NCBI GenBank assembly: GCA_031409275.1
Contig: JANNXA010000034.1
Location: 96,001 to 160,000, forward strand
Direction of reading: 5' to 3'
Origin: Planctomycetota bacterium
GTDB lineage: Bacteria; Planctomycetota; B15-G4; SIAN01
Length of the DNA stretch: 64,000 bases
Shown here: positions 48,872 through 60,343 of the stretch, piece after piece
How positions within the stretch are numbered: position 1 is the stretch's first letter
How the letters are laid out: every line of letters starts with the position of its first letter
Notes under the pieces: generated by a model
Databases searched by the model: none
Told to the model about the DNA's origin: nothing
Seen by the model: the letters and a program-made list of their open reading frames with translations, nothing else
Position numbers and translations under genes: made by a program

Positions 48872-50266
48872 ATGCGCACCACGATCCTCTCCGGTGGCCT
48901 CCTACTTGCAACCTCCTGTGCTGCGGCTCCGCGGCCGCCAGCTCCCTTGCCGCTCGCGCCGCCACCGAACTGGAACCTGGCAACGGGCGCGTTGCCGGGG
49001 CGAGCGCTGGCGGCGGGCGCCACGACACCGCTTGGCGTCGAAGGCCTCGTGGACGGTGCCCCGTTGCAGTTTGCGCAGATTCGCTTCGCGCTGCTCGCGA
49101 CCTGTCCGAGCGACGGCGGTGAGCGGCTGGTCGATTCGCTCGCCCTGATCGTCGATCCGTCGGAGAGCGGTTCCGTGCTGCTGCCGTCGAGCGCGCTCGA
49201 ACCGGCGCGGGTGTGGCGCGGCGACGCGGCTCGTGAACTCTGGGATCGGCTGACGCCGCTCGCCGAGCACGCCTTCCTGCCCCTGGCGAAGCTCGAGGAG
49301 CCGCTGATCGCCGGCTTCACCCACTCGTTCGCCGTGAGTGCCGATGAACGGGTCGATGATCCGCGGGACTTCCTGCGCGAGCGGACGCCGGCGACCACGC
49401 GGACGCGCCGTTTCGGCGTGGCGCTCGATGGCATCGGCGCCGCCGGCGCCAACGTCACCTTCGAGCGCGGTTCGGCCGGCTTCGATGGGGAGCTCGGCAA
49501 GCTCGCGTTGCCGCTGGCACCGCTCGCTGGGCCGCTGCTGATCGTCGTGCCGACGCCGTTCCTCGGCGGGCACGGCGCTTGGTGCGCAGCGTGGCTTGCG
49601 TTCGAGGAGGTGGCGGCGGACTCGCCCGCGGCGGCCACGTGGCATGCGCGCGCGAACGAGTTGCTCGCGCAAGAGCAGGTGCGTCGCGCTGCGGCGAGCG
49701 CGCCGGTGTTGCGTGCCAACGAAACGCTCGCAGCGTGGGAGGCGCTGCCGACCGATGCGAGCGGCCGCACGGCGCTGGTCTGGCAGACCGCGCACCTGCC
49801 GGACAGCCTCATCGCCGACCTGGCGGTGGTGGCAAGCGATGCGGAGCTGACCCGGTTGCTGGAGCAGCTCGCGGCGACGCGCGCGCGCGGGGCTTCGCCG
49901 GCGGACGGCGCCGCGCTCGATGCATTGCTCGAACGCGAGGCGATCGCCTTCCTGGCGCGGCTTGCTCTCGAAGACGAACTGCCACCGGAGCTCGCGAGCG
50001 TGGCGTGGCGTCGCACCGGCGCGGTCGGCGGTTTCCCATCGACGTTGGCCGAAGTGGCGCAGACCGCCGGCGGTTGGACCGCGCTGCAGGCACGGCTGAT
50101 CGTCGAGAACCAGCTCCTTCTCGAAGAGAGCAGCGCGGCGATTCGAGTGCGAGCGTTCGACTGGTTGGCCGCGCGCCACGCCGCCCCGGCCGGTTTCGAT
50201 CCGTTGGCGCCGCAAGCGCAACGCCGCGCCGCGCTGGCCGCGGCCGCGGAGCACGGCGATGAGTGA
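48872..50266 (+). CDS. Hypothetical lipoprotein
   Basis: Lipobox-like ATSC; overlaps the start of the downstream giant protein. Confidence 0.6.
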   Translation: MRTTILSGGLLLATSCAAAPRPPAPLPLAPPPNWNLATGALPGRALAAGATTPLGVEGLVDGAPLQFAQIRFALLATCPSDGGERLVDSLALIVDPSESGSVLLPSSALEPARVWRGDAARELWDRLTPLAEHAFLPLAKLEEPLIAGFTHSFAVSADERVDDPRDFLRERTPATTRTRRFGVALDGIGAAGANVTFERGSAGFDGELGKLALPLAPLAGPLLIVVPTPFLGGHGAWCAAWLAFEEVAADSPAAATWHARANELLAQEQVRRAAASAPVLRANETLAAWEALPTDASGRTALVWQTAHLPDSLIADLAVVASDAELTRLLEQLAATRARGASPADGAALDALLEREAIAFLARLALEDELPPELASVAWRRTGAVGGFPSTLAEVAQTAGGWTALQARLIVENQLLLEESSAAIRVRAFDWLAARHAAPAGFDPLAPQAQRRAALAAAAEHGDE

Positions 50267-53200
50267 GAGCAAGCCGCTGCACCGACGACGCTGGCCGCGG
50301 CGGTTGGCGTGGACTCTGCTGATCGGCGCGGTCGCGATCCGTTTCGGCGGAGTCGCGCTGCTGCCGACGCTGATCGATCGCTTCGTCGAACCGCTCGGAC
50401 TCGCGCTCCGCTACGAGCGGCTCGACTTGTCGCTCTTTGGCGGCAGCCTCGAGCTCGGCCACCTCGAGTTGCGCAGTCGCAGCGATGAAGCGGCGCTGCT
50501 GACCCTCGAATCGCTGCAGGTCGATGCCGAGATGAGCGCGCTGTTCATCGGAGAGCTGCGCGTTCGGCGCGTCGAGGTCGATGGAGTCCAGGCGAAGCTG
50601 GCGCGCCGCGCCGACGGGTCGATCGGCCTCGATGGGTGGTCTCCGCCGCCGGGAGACGCTCGCGAACCCGAGTCGCAGCGCGCTGCACCCGACGCAGGTC
50701 GCGCACCCGCTCCTTCCGCGACGACGAAGACGGCGTTCGACTTCACGCCGCCGTGCGAAGTCGAGCTGTTGCGCGTCCAGAACGTCCGCGTGCTGTTCCG
50801 CGACGAGACCGTCACTCCCGAGCTGCTGACGCCGGCATCGATCGAGCTGCACGTGAGCGACATCGGACATCCGTCGCGGGCGACCACCGTCGATCTCAGC
50901 GTGCGTGCGCCCGGCGTGGTCGACCGCGTCTCGTTCGCGCTGCGCGCGCGGCTTGGCGTCGGCGAGGGCGATCTCCAATGCGCGCTGGGCGTGCAGGGCG
51001 TCGCTGCCGAGCTGGTCCGTCGCTACGCGCCGCGCGCCGGAATCGACGCGGTGGCGCGCACGCTCGATTTCGAGCTTGGCGCGCGCGCCGGCGTGCGTCC
51101 GCTCGATCCGACGGCAGAGGCGCTGGGTGGCCGTTTCGAACTGACGTGGTGCGCTGCGATCGTCGATGGCAAGGAGGAGCTGACGCTTCAAGCGCAGGCC
51201 GAGCTGCTGGAATGGACGCGCGATGGCGCGCACCTCGGAACGGTGACGAGCGCGCTGGGCGGCCGCGCGGCGCGGCGTGCCGATGGCGTGTTGCAGGCGC
51301 TGGGCTTCGCGTTCGCGCGCGGCGAACCGGGTGAGGTGGCGGTGGCGCCACCACCCTCGCTGCCGAGTTCGCCGCCGAGCCAGCCGCCCGCTTCTCCGCA
51401 CGCTGCTGGGGACGAGAGACCGTTTCGGCTGCGCATCGATGAGATCCGACCGTCATTGCGACTGGCGCTGCGCGACGAGGCGCTGCTCCCGCCGCGCGAT
51501 CTGGTCGTCGAGCTCGCCGACAGTGCGCTGCGTGGCTTCGACACGGAAGCGTCGGCGACGGCGGAGCCGACCACGCTCCAGCTGCATCTGACGGCGCCCG
51601 ATGTCGTTTGCACGGTGCGTGGCGAAGTCCGTTCCGAGGTCGCCGCGCCGCGCGGGTCGCTCGAGTTCGAGATCGCGCTTGGCGATGGGCTTTCGCAACT
51701 GAAGCCCTACCTGGCAATGGCCGGGATCGAGCCGACGTTCGAACGCGGGACGCTCACGGGTTCGATCCGAGGCAGCGCCGTCACCTCGGCGACCGGCGCA
51801 AGCGAAGTCTCCGTTGCGATCGGACCGCTGCGCTTCGTCACGAGCGCGGCCGGTGGCGACGCTGGCGCGCCGCTCGAGGTGCTGGCGCTCGACCGCTTGC
51901 AGCTCGATCAACTGCGGATCGGGCCGGCGGCGGGAGAGCTGGCGCTGCGCTCGCTCGAGCTCGGTGGAGTGCGCGCCACGGCGCGGCGCGAGGTCAGTGG
52001 TGCATGGAACGCGGCAGGTTGGCGCATCGTCGCAACGCCAGGCCAGGCGCCGGTCGAGCCGGTGGAGCTCGCGCTCGAGGAAGTGACTGTGCGCCTCTCC
52101 GATGTCGCCATCGATGCCGACGCGACGCTGGAACCGAAGGCGGCGGCGCTCGACCTCACGGTGAAGGTGCGCGACCTCTGCGAGCTGCTGCACGTGCAGG
52201 GGCGCGTGGCGCTGCGGCCGGCGCCGCTGATGGCGGCGGCGCAACTTCGACTCGATGCGAGCGGATTGCGTGGCGGGCCCCTCACCTCGCTGCTGCGCGA
52301 GCGCGGGATCGAGCCGGAGCTGCGCGCGGGAACGTTGAGCTGCGGCATCGATGTTGCCGTGCGCGACGACGGTGCCGTTCGTCGCGCGTCGCTGCATGTC
52401 GAGCCGCTGCGCCTGCTCGACGGCGAGGAAGAGCTCGTGGCGTTGACGGCGCTGCGCGTCGGCGACGTCGTGCAGCGACCGGGCCGGCTCGTGTGCGGAC
52501 CGATCGAGATCGTCGAGCCGCGCGCGTCGGTGCGTCGGGATGAAGCGGGGACTCTGCACGCCGCTGGCTTCGCGTTCGCGCGGCCACCGGTCGCGGCCGC
52601 TGCGCCGGCGCCGTCCGCTGCTCACGCTGCCAGCGAAACGACGGTCGGGCCCGATCGCGCGCCGGCAACGATCGAGCCCGCGCTGGCGTTCGAGCTGGCC
52701 GGCTTGAAGCTGAGCGGCGCTCGACTGCGTTTCGACGACGCTGCGGTCGTGCCGGCGGTGGCGACGAACGCGACGGTCGACGTCACGGTGGGCGGCCTCG
52801 TGCTCGGTTCGGCCTCACCGACCCACTTCGAAATCGTGGCGCGCGTCGCCAACTCCCTCGATGAGCTGGCGCTGCGTGGCGACTTCACCACCGATCCGCT
52901 CGATCTGGGGATGCGTGCCACGGTGAGTGCCAATGGGGTGCGCGCCGGTCCGCTCGCCGCCTACGCTCCGACGGACGTCGCGCTCCTCACGAAGGATGGC
53001 CGACTCGCGTTTTCGTGGTCCGCGCGGCTTCGCGCCGACGCCTCGGGAAGTCGTCGCGCCGAGTTCTCATTGCGCGAACTCGCGTGGCGAGATGGCGAGG
53101 CGCCGCCCTTGCTCGCGCTCGACGAATTGGTGGCGGTGGTGCCGCAGCTCGACCTTCCGTACGGGCCGTTGGTGATCGAGCAGGTCACGTCGCGCGGGCT

Positions 53201-55559
53201 CGTGCTGCGAGGTCAGCGCGTCGATGACGAGACGATCGAGCTGCTCGGGCTGCGGGTGCGTTCGTCGGCGCCATCGGCAGCGGGCGCCGACGTCGGCGCC
53301 GCCACGGCTGCCACCGCGCCGATCGCCGCTCCTTCGGCGTCACGATTCGAGCCGACGCTGCCGTCGATCGTGCGGCTGGGGGTGATCGACCTCGGAGTCG
53401 CCGAGTTCCGCTTCAGCGATGCGCGTCATGCCGATGCGCCGCCGCTGATCGCGTCGTTCTCCTTGCGGCATCGCGAACCGTCCGTCGTCTGGAGCGAGGA
53501 GGCGGCTCAGATCGAGCCGTTGCGCTTCGAAGTCGTGGCGAGCGCGCTGCCCGTGTTGCGTGAATTGGCGATCGCGCTGGAGGCGACGCCGTTCGCGCCG
53601 ACGCCGGAGCTGACGCTGATCGTCGATGCCGTGGGCGGGTCGGGACCGGGGCTGCTGGCGGTGGTGCCGCAACTGGCGGAGCAGCTCGAACTCTCGGCGC
53701 TCACCGACGCGACCTTCCACGCGCGGCTCGTAGCGAGCGCGCAGGTGAAGCGTCGCGGCGCTGCCGCGATCGACCTTGGCGCGGGCTTCGGCGGCGAGCT
53801 GTCGCTCTCCGACGTCGCGTTGCGGGCGACACCCGATGGCGGACCGATCGTCGCGCTCGAGCGAGTCGAGGTCGATGTGGCCAAGGTGCGGCCGGCGACG
53901 GGCGCCGTCCATGTGCGTTCGATCGAGGTTCGCAAACCGGTCGCGGCCGTCCGGCAGACCGCGGAGACGATCGAGCTCGGGCCGATCCATTGGCGCCGTC
54001 CGGCGGTGGCGCCGGTGGTGGCGACCAGCGAGGCGGACGCGGTGGCGAGCGAATCGGGCGCGGCGTCCGAATCGACGGAGATGGCAGCGCCCGCGCGTCC
54101 CGAGATCCGCATCGACGAGCTGTTGGTCACCGGGCTCGACTTCACGCTGCTCGATGAATCGGTGGCGCCGCCGCTGCGGCTGCCGCTCACCGACCTCGAG
54201 GTCGAGGTGCGTCGCTTCACGACCCGTGCCTTCACCGAGCCGCGGCCGATCCCATTCCGCGTCGGCGTGACCGCGGGCACCGTCGAATTGAAGAAGCGGG
54301 ATGCTGGCACGCTGCTGGGAGGCTTCCTGCGTGCTGCGGCCGGTGCGGTGGTCGGCTCCGCTGCGGAAGTCGAAGTCGAGCCTCGCGCCGCTTGGGAGGA
54401 GCTCGTGCTGCAGGGCTCCGTCGCGCTGTTCCCGGGGCCGACCGGTTTCGTTCAGCTCGACGTGCGCGCGCTGGAACTGCAGGCCTTCAAGGGAGCGGCA
54501 GCCGCGAGCGGCGTCGAAATCGGCGATGGGCTGCTCGACACCAACGTGCGCGTGCAGTTGCGTGGTGCGAAAGGGATGGTGCTCGACTCCGACACCACCT
54601 TGACGTCGCTGTCGGTGACTGAGCCGCCCAACGGACCGATCGCGACCTACCTCAAGTTGCCGGCGCCGCTCGACTCGATCCTCTTCCTGCTGCGCAACGA
54701 GGACGACGAAACGCGATTGCCCGTCCGCTTCGAGGTCGCGGGCGACGGCATGAGCGGCGGCGAGATCGCGCGCGTCGCCACGACGACTCTCTTGCGCCTC
54801 ATCGCGGATGCGGTCGCGGCGGCGCCGATGCGCGTCGCCTCGGGCGCGCTCGACGCCGTGCAGCTCAAGAACCTGCCCGGACTCTCGAGTGTTCCGGGAC
54901 TCGGCAGCCTGCTCGGAAACGCGGAGCCGTTGCCGTTCGATGGAACGCCGGTGGTGCTGTCGCTCGAGGCGGGCGCCGCGGCGCTGCCAGCCGATGCGCT
55001 GACCGCGTTGGCGCCGATCCTCGCGCAGCTGCGGGCCGATCCGAGCCTGTCGGTGGTGGTCGAGCATCAGTTCGGCGGCGCCGACTTCGAGCGCATGCGC
55101 CGCTGGTCGCAGCCGCAGGACGACGACCTCGCCGATCTCGCGCGCAAGCTGCGCGCGCGGCGCGACGTGCTTGGAGCGCAACGGGAAGCGGCGGCGAGCG
55201 CCGCGCGCCTCGCGTTCGGCACGAACCGCAGTGGCGACGGCGCTGGCGGGGCGCAAGCGCGGACGGCTCAGGAGCGGCTGCGCGAACTCGAGCAGGAGCT
55301 CGCGCGGACCGAGGCGGCGCTCGATGCGACGCTGGCGCTGCATGGCGACAGTCGCCGCGGCGCCGCGCAGCGCGTGCGCGCGGGAGCGCAGGCGCTCGCA
55401 ACGACACGGCTGGCGTCGGCGCGCGATCTGTTGATGGGCGCGGCGGTCGAGGCGATCGGGACGCGGCTCGACGTGAAGCGTCCGCGCGTCACGCCACCGG
55501 TCGGCAGCGACGGTGGATTCCTGATCGTCACGCCGCGCCAGAAGCGGGGCGCGAAGTAG
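50259..55559 (+). CDS. Giant DUF748/AsmA-like inner-membrane-anchored beta-rich protein
   Basis: N-terminal TM, then repeated beta-groove-like units (LSLFGGSLEL, RFDDAAVVP, TLLDESVAPP, FLLRNEDDETRLPV); C-terminal OmpA-like/coiled-coil region; 1766 aa. Confidence 0.72.
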   Translation: MSESKPLHRRRWPRRLAWTLLIGAVAIRFGGVALLPTLIDRFVEPLGLALRYERLDLSLFGGSLELGHLELRSRSDEAALLTLESLQVDAEMSALFIGELRVRRVEVDGVQAKLARRADGSIGLDGWSPPPGDAREPESQRAAPDAGRAPAPSATTKTAFDFTPPCEVELLRVQNVRVLFRDETVTPELLTPASIELHVSDIGHPSRATTVDLSVRAPGVVDRVSFALRARLGVGEGDLQCALGVQGVAAELVRRYAPRAGIDAVARTLDFELGARAGVRPLDPTAEALGGRFELTWCAAIVDGKEELTLQAQAELLEWTRDGAHLGTVTSALGGRAARRADGVLQALGFAFARGEPGEVAVAPPPSLPSSPPSQPPASPHAAGDERPFRLRIDEIRPSLRLALRDEALLPPRDLVVELADSALRGFDTEASATAEPTTLQLHLTAPDVVCTVRGEVRSEVAAPRGSLEFEIALGDGLSQLKPYLAMAGIEPTFERGTLTGSIRGSAVTSATGASEVSVAIGPLRFVTSAAGGDAGAPLEVLALDRLQLDQLRIGPAAGELALRSLELGGVRATARREVSGAWNAAGWRIVATPGQAPVEPVELALEEVTVRLSDVAIDADATLEPKAAALDLTVKVRDLCELLHVQGRVALRPAPLMAAAQLRLDASGLRGGPLTSLLRERGIEPELRAGTLSCGIDVAVRDDGAVRRASLHVEPLRLLDGEEELVALTALRVGDVVQRPGRLVCGPIEIVEPRASVRRDEAGTLHAAGFAFARPPVAAAAPAPSAAHAASETTVGPDRAPATIEPALAFELAGLKLSGARLRFDDAAVVPAVATNATVDVTVGGLVLGSASPTHFEIVARVANSLDELALRGDFTTDPLDLGMRATVSANGVRAGPLAAYAPTDVALLTKDGRLAFSWSARLRADASGSRRAEFSLRELAWRDGEAPPLLALDELVAVVPQLDLPYGPLVIEQVTSRGLVLRGQRVDDETIELLGLRVRSSAPSAAGADVGAATAATAPIAAPSASRFEPTLPSIVRLGVIDLGVAEFRFSDARHADAPPLIASFSLRHREPSVVWSEEAAQIEPLRFEVVASALPVLRELAIALEATPFAPTPELTLIVDAVGGSGPGLLAVVPQLAEQLELSALTDATFHARLVASAQVKRRGAAAIDLGAGFGGELSLSDVALRATPDGGPIVALERVEVDVAKVRPATGAVHVRSIEVRKPVAAVRQTAETIELGPIHWRRPAVAPVVATSEADAVASESGAASESTEMAAPARPEIRIDELLVTGLDFTLLDESVAPPLRLPLTDLEVEVRRFTTRAFTEPRPIPFRVGVTAGTVELKKRDAGTLLGGFLRAAAGAVVGSAAEVEVEPRAAWEELVLQGSVALFPGPTGFVQLDVRALELQAFKGAAAASGVEIGDGLLDTNVRVQLRGAKGMVLDSDTTLTSLSVTEPPNGPIATYLKLPAPLDSILFLLRNEDDETRLPVRFEVAGDGMSGGEIARVATTTLLRLIADAVAAAPMRVASGALDAVQLKNLPGLSSVPGLGSLLGNAEPLPFDGTPVVLSLEAGAAALPADALTALAPILAQLRADPSLSVVVEHQFGGADFERMRRWSQPQDDDLADLARKLRARRDVLGAQREAAASAARLAFGTNRSGDGAGGAQARTAQERLRELEQELARTEAALDATLALHGDSRRGAAQRVRAGAQALATTRLASARDLLMGAAVEAIGTRLDVKRPRVTPPVGSDGGFLIVTPRQKRGAK

Positions 55560-55568
55560 GCGCGCCGC

Positions 55569-55940
55569 TCACGGCTTCGCGGCTGCGCCCTCGATCTGGC
55601 CGCCCACCTCGGTGATGACCGGATGCACGAAGAAGCTGAGCGGCGGCAGGATGAACCAGAGCGTCAGCTTCGACGTCTCGGCGATGTCGACGCGCTTGCC
55701 GCCGCGGCCGCTCGCCTCCTTGGTGAACTCGGTGACGGTGCTCTCGAGGGAGCCGTCGCCGAAGATCGGGTAGACGAAGAGCCCGTGGAGCGCGTACGAC
55801 GTCGTCGTCTGGTACTCGATCGGTTCGCCGCGGATGCCAGGCACTCCCGACAGGTCGCTGCAGTGGGTGTGGGTCACGCAGCCGGCCAGCGGCAACGCGA
55901 GGACGATCAGGCCGGCAGCAGCTTGCAGTGAACGGTGCAT
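55569..55940 (-). CDS. Hypothetical small lipoprotein
   Basis: GAGGAG RBS, lipobox LAGC. Confidence 0.7.
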   Translation of the reverse strand: MHRSLQAAAGLIVLALPLAGCVTHTHCSDLSGVPGIRGEPIEYQTTTSYALHGLFVYPIFGDGSLESTVTEFTKEASGRGGKRVDIAETSKLTLWFILPPLSFFVHPVITEVGGQIEGAAAKP

Positions 55941-56177
55941 CGCGGACTCCTCGAATGGAAGGAGCCGGCGAGTGTAAGAGCGCCTAGCAGAATGGACGCG
56001 TCGCGCCGAGACCGAGCGAGGCCGCCCAGGACGAGGAGGCCGAAGCAGGCGACTCCGAAGAGTCGCCGATGGAGGTCGACGAAGTCATGGGTGGCCGCAG
56101 CCGGTCGAACGCAGCGGACATTCTGTTCGGCGCTCGAAGAGTCTGCCGCGCGTGCGCGAGCGCGACGGCGCCGCGCC

Positions 56178-57243
56178 TCAGCTGTTGACCGGCATCGGCT
56201 TGCGCTGTTCGAAGCGCACGCGGCTGCGGGCGGCGGCGACCGCCTCCTCGCGGCTGATCACGCCTTCGCGCAGCAGGAGGTCGAGCGAGTCGTCGAGTCG
56301 CCACATTCCCCTCTCGCGACCGCCCTGGAGGCAGTTGGGAATCTCGTGCGTACGCCCCTCGCGAATCAGCGATTGGATCGCGGGCGTCGTCAGCAGCAGC
56401 TCCGTGGCAGCGACGCGTCCGTGGCGGTCTGCGCGCGTCAGCAGCGTCTGCGACAGCACGCCCTGCAGCGATTCGGCGAGCATCGCGCGCACCTGGTCCT
56501 GCTCGGCGATGGGGAAGATGTCGATCACGCGGTCGATCGACTGCGAGGCGTCGTTGGTGTGCAGCGTGGCGAAGACCAGCATCCCGGTCTCGGCGGCGGA
56601 GAGCGCGGCGCGCGTCGTCTCGAGGTCGCGCAACTCGCCGATCAGCAGCACGTTGACGTCGGCGCGCAGCGCGTCGCGCACGCCGCTCGGGAAGTCGGGG
56701 ACGTCGTCGCCGATGCAGCGCTGGTGGACCATCGAGCGCAGGTTCACATGGATGAACTCGACGGGATCCTCGATGGTGACGATGTGGCGCATGTACTGGC
56801 CGTTGATCACGTCGATCAAGGCGGCGAGCGTCGAGCTCTTGCCCGAGCCGGTCGATCCGGTCACCAGCACGAGGCCGTTGCGGACGTGAGCGAGCTCGTC
56901 GACTCCTTTGGGGATCCCGAGCTGATCCAGCGAACGGATCCCCGACTCGATGCGACGGAAGCTCGCCGCGAGGCCGGTGATGCCGCGGTAGTAGTTGACG
57001 CGGAAGCGCGTGCCATCCTCAGCGACGCAGGCGCAGTCGACTTCGCCGTGCTCCTCGAAGCGCTGGCGCTGCCCGTCGTGCAGCGACTGGTCGATCAGAG
57101 CGGCGAGGTCAGAGCGCTCGGCCACCGGCAGCCCTTCCGCGATCTGCAGCTCGCCATGAACGCGCACGCGCGGAGGCAGGCCGACGTGCAGGTGCAGGTC
57201 GGAGGCGCCCATCTCGTTCACCAGGCGGAACAGGGCGGCGAGA

Positions 57244-57251
<8 letters not shown>
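56178..57251 (-). CDS. pilT: Type IV pilus retraction ATPase, PilT/PilU family
   Basis: GASDLHL, GSTGSGKS, TIEDPVE, IGELRD, TLHTN, AIQSLIRE; GTG start after GGAGG. Confidence 0.9.
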
Positions 57252-58563
<1,312 letters not shown>

Positions 58564-58783
58564 GGGGTGAGGACCTCGGCATCGATGTCGACCAATTCAG
58601 GCCGCAGGCCGAAATCGCCCGGGAGGGAAAGATCGGAATCCAAACTTTTTCTTTTTTTCGGAAGAAGCCTCAAACCAACTGGACGTTTAGGTCGTACTGT
58701 TGGACGAGTTGACCGTTTTAAGGGAACGCGAGCACCCGCAACTGCGGCCCAGCTCGCTTCAAGAACCACGGAGGATTCGTTCG

Positions 58784-59659
58784 ATGTTGAGCCTTCTCTC
58801 GTTTGCCTTCGCCGCAGCGCTCCCGACCACCGGTGGCACCGACATCGTCGACACCGCAGTCGGCGCCGGGAAGTTCAAGACGCTCGTCGCCGCCGTGCAG
58901 GCCGCGAAGCTCGTCGACACGCTGAAGAGCGCCGGCCCGTTCACGGTGTTCGCGCCGAATGACGACGCGTTCGCCAAGCTCCCGGCCGGCACGGTCGAGA
59001 TGCTGCTCAAGCCCGAGAACCTCGCGAAGCTGCAGGGCGTCCTCGGCTACCACGTCGTCGCCGGCAAGTGGCTCGCGAAGGACGTCTCCACGATGACCGG
59101 CGCGGTGACCGTGAATGGTCAGCGCCTCGACTTCAAGATCGATGAAGGCAGCGTTCGCATCGATGGCGCCAAGGTGATCCAGGCCGACATCGAATGCAGC
59201 AACGGCGTGATCCACGTGATCGACAGCGTCGTGATGCCGTCCGCGAAGAACATCGTCGAGACCGCCGCGGGCGCCGGCTCCTTCAAGACCCTGCTCGCTG
59301 CCGCGACGGCCGCCGGCCTCGCCGAGACGCTGGCCAAGGATGGGCCTTACACCGTCTTCGCGCCGACCGACGAAGCGTTCGCGAAGCTCCCCGCCGGCAC
59401 GGTCGAGAACCTGCTCAAGCCGGAGAACAAGGACAAGCTCGTCTCCATCCTGAAGCTGCACGTCGTCAAGGGCCGCGTCTACAGCACCGAAGCGCTGAAA
59501 GCCGGCATGGCGACCAGCCTCTCGGCGGCCTCGCTCGCCATCGTCAAGGGTGAGAAGAGCGCGACCGTGAATGGCAGCGTCCTCCTCGCCACCGACATCG
59601 ATGCTTCGAATGGCGTCATCCACGTCATCGACACCGTGATCCTGCCCAAGGCGAACTGA
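58784..59659 (+). CDS. Secreted tandem fasciclin (FAS1 x2) protein
   Basis: GGAGG RBS; two repeats of DIVxTA..GxFKTL, [22 protein letters not shown], [11 protein letters not shown]. Confidence 0.95.
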   Translation: MLSLLSFAFAAALPTTGGTDIVDTAVGAGKFKTLVAAVQAAKLVDTLKSAGPFTVFAPNDDAFAKLPAGTVEMLLKPENLAKLQGVLGYHVVAGKWLAKDVSTMTGAVTVNGQRLDFKIDEGSVRIDGAKVIQADIECSNGVIHVIDSVVMPSAKNIVETAAGAGSFKTLLAAATAAGLAETLAKDGPYTVFAPTDEAFAKLPAGTVENLLKPENKDKLVSILKLHVVKGRVYSTEALKAGMATSLSAASLAIVKGEKSATVNGSVLLATDIDASNGVIHVIDTVILPKAN

Positions 59660-59674
59660 TCTCAAGACCCTCTC

Positions 59675-59734
59675 GCGGGGCGGCGAACGGGACAGCGCCT
59701 TTGAGGCGCGCCGCGCGTCGCCCCGCTCTGTTTT
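59675..59734 (+). terminator. Terminator-like hairpin after the fasciclin gene
   Basis: GCGGGGCGGCG/CGTCGCCCCGC outer stem enclosing GCGCCT-TTG-AGGCGC, followed by TCTGTTTT. Confidence 0.5.
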
Positions 59735-59773
59735 GCCACCGCCGTGCTTACTGCGGTTTCTCAGGAGTTTCGA

Positions 59774-60343
59774 ATGCGTCGACTGGTTGCACTGGCGCTG
59801 GTGTTGGCGGGAGCGGCTGCCTGTCGCTCCGAGCGCGCGGCGCCGCCGGCCCTCGATGGCGCGACGTTCCCGTCCGTCACGTCCGAGGCGCTCGATGGCA
59901 AGCGCTGGAACCTGCCCGCCGATCTGGCGGGAGCGCCGGCCATCCTGCTGGTCGCGTTCGAGCAGGACGGCCAGTTCGACTGCGATCGCTGGCTGCTCGG
60001 CCTCGCCCAGGCAAAGACGCCGGTCAAGGTCCTCGAAGTGCCGACCATTCCCGGAATGGTCCCTGGCCTGTTCGCGGGCACCATCGACTCCGGCATGCGC
60101 AACGGCATCCCGTCGGAAGATTGGGGCGTCGTCGTGACGCTCTATGGCGACGCCGCCCGACAGGTGTTCGATTTCACCGGCGGCGTCTCCGATCGCAACG
60201 CACGCGTACTGCTGCTCGACGGTGAAGGGCGCGTGGCGTGGCATCACTCGCGCGGCTACTCGGCGCGATTGCTGGTCGACCTCGATGCGCGCGCGCGCGA
60301 ACTCAGCGCGGTGCCGGTTCCGGAGGCGTCGCCGAAGCGTTGA
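59774..60343 (+). CDS. Thioredoxin-like fold lipoprotein
   Basis: AGGAG RBS, lipobox AAAC; FPSVTSEALDG..LPADLAG..LLVAF; VLLLDGEGRVAW redoxin-like pattern. Confidence 0.7.
   Translation: MRRLVALALVLAGAAACRSERAAPPALDGATFPSVTSEALDGKRWNLPADLAGAPAILLVAFEQDGQFDCDRWLLGLAQAKTPVKVLEVPTIPGMVPGLFAGTIDSGMRNGIPSEDWGVVVTLYGDAARQVFDFTGGVSDRNARVLLLDGEGRVAWHHSRGYSARLLVDLDARARELSAVPVPEASPKR

Noticed and set aside
55941..56177. Possible small ORF between the lipoprotein and pilT
   Set aside because: No convincing RBS/start combination or recognisable motif
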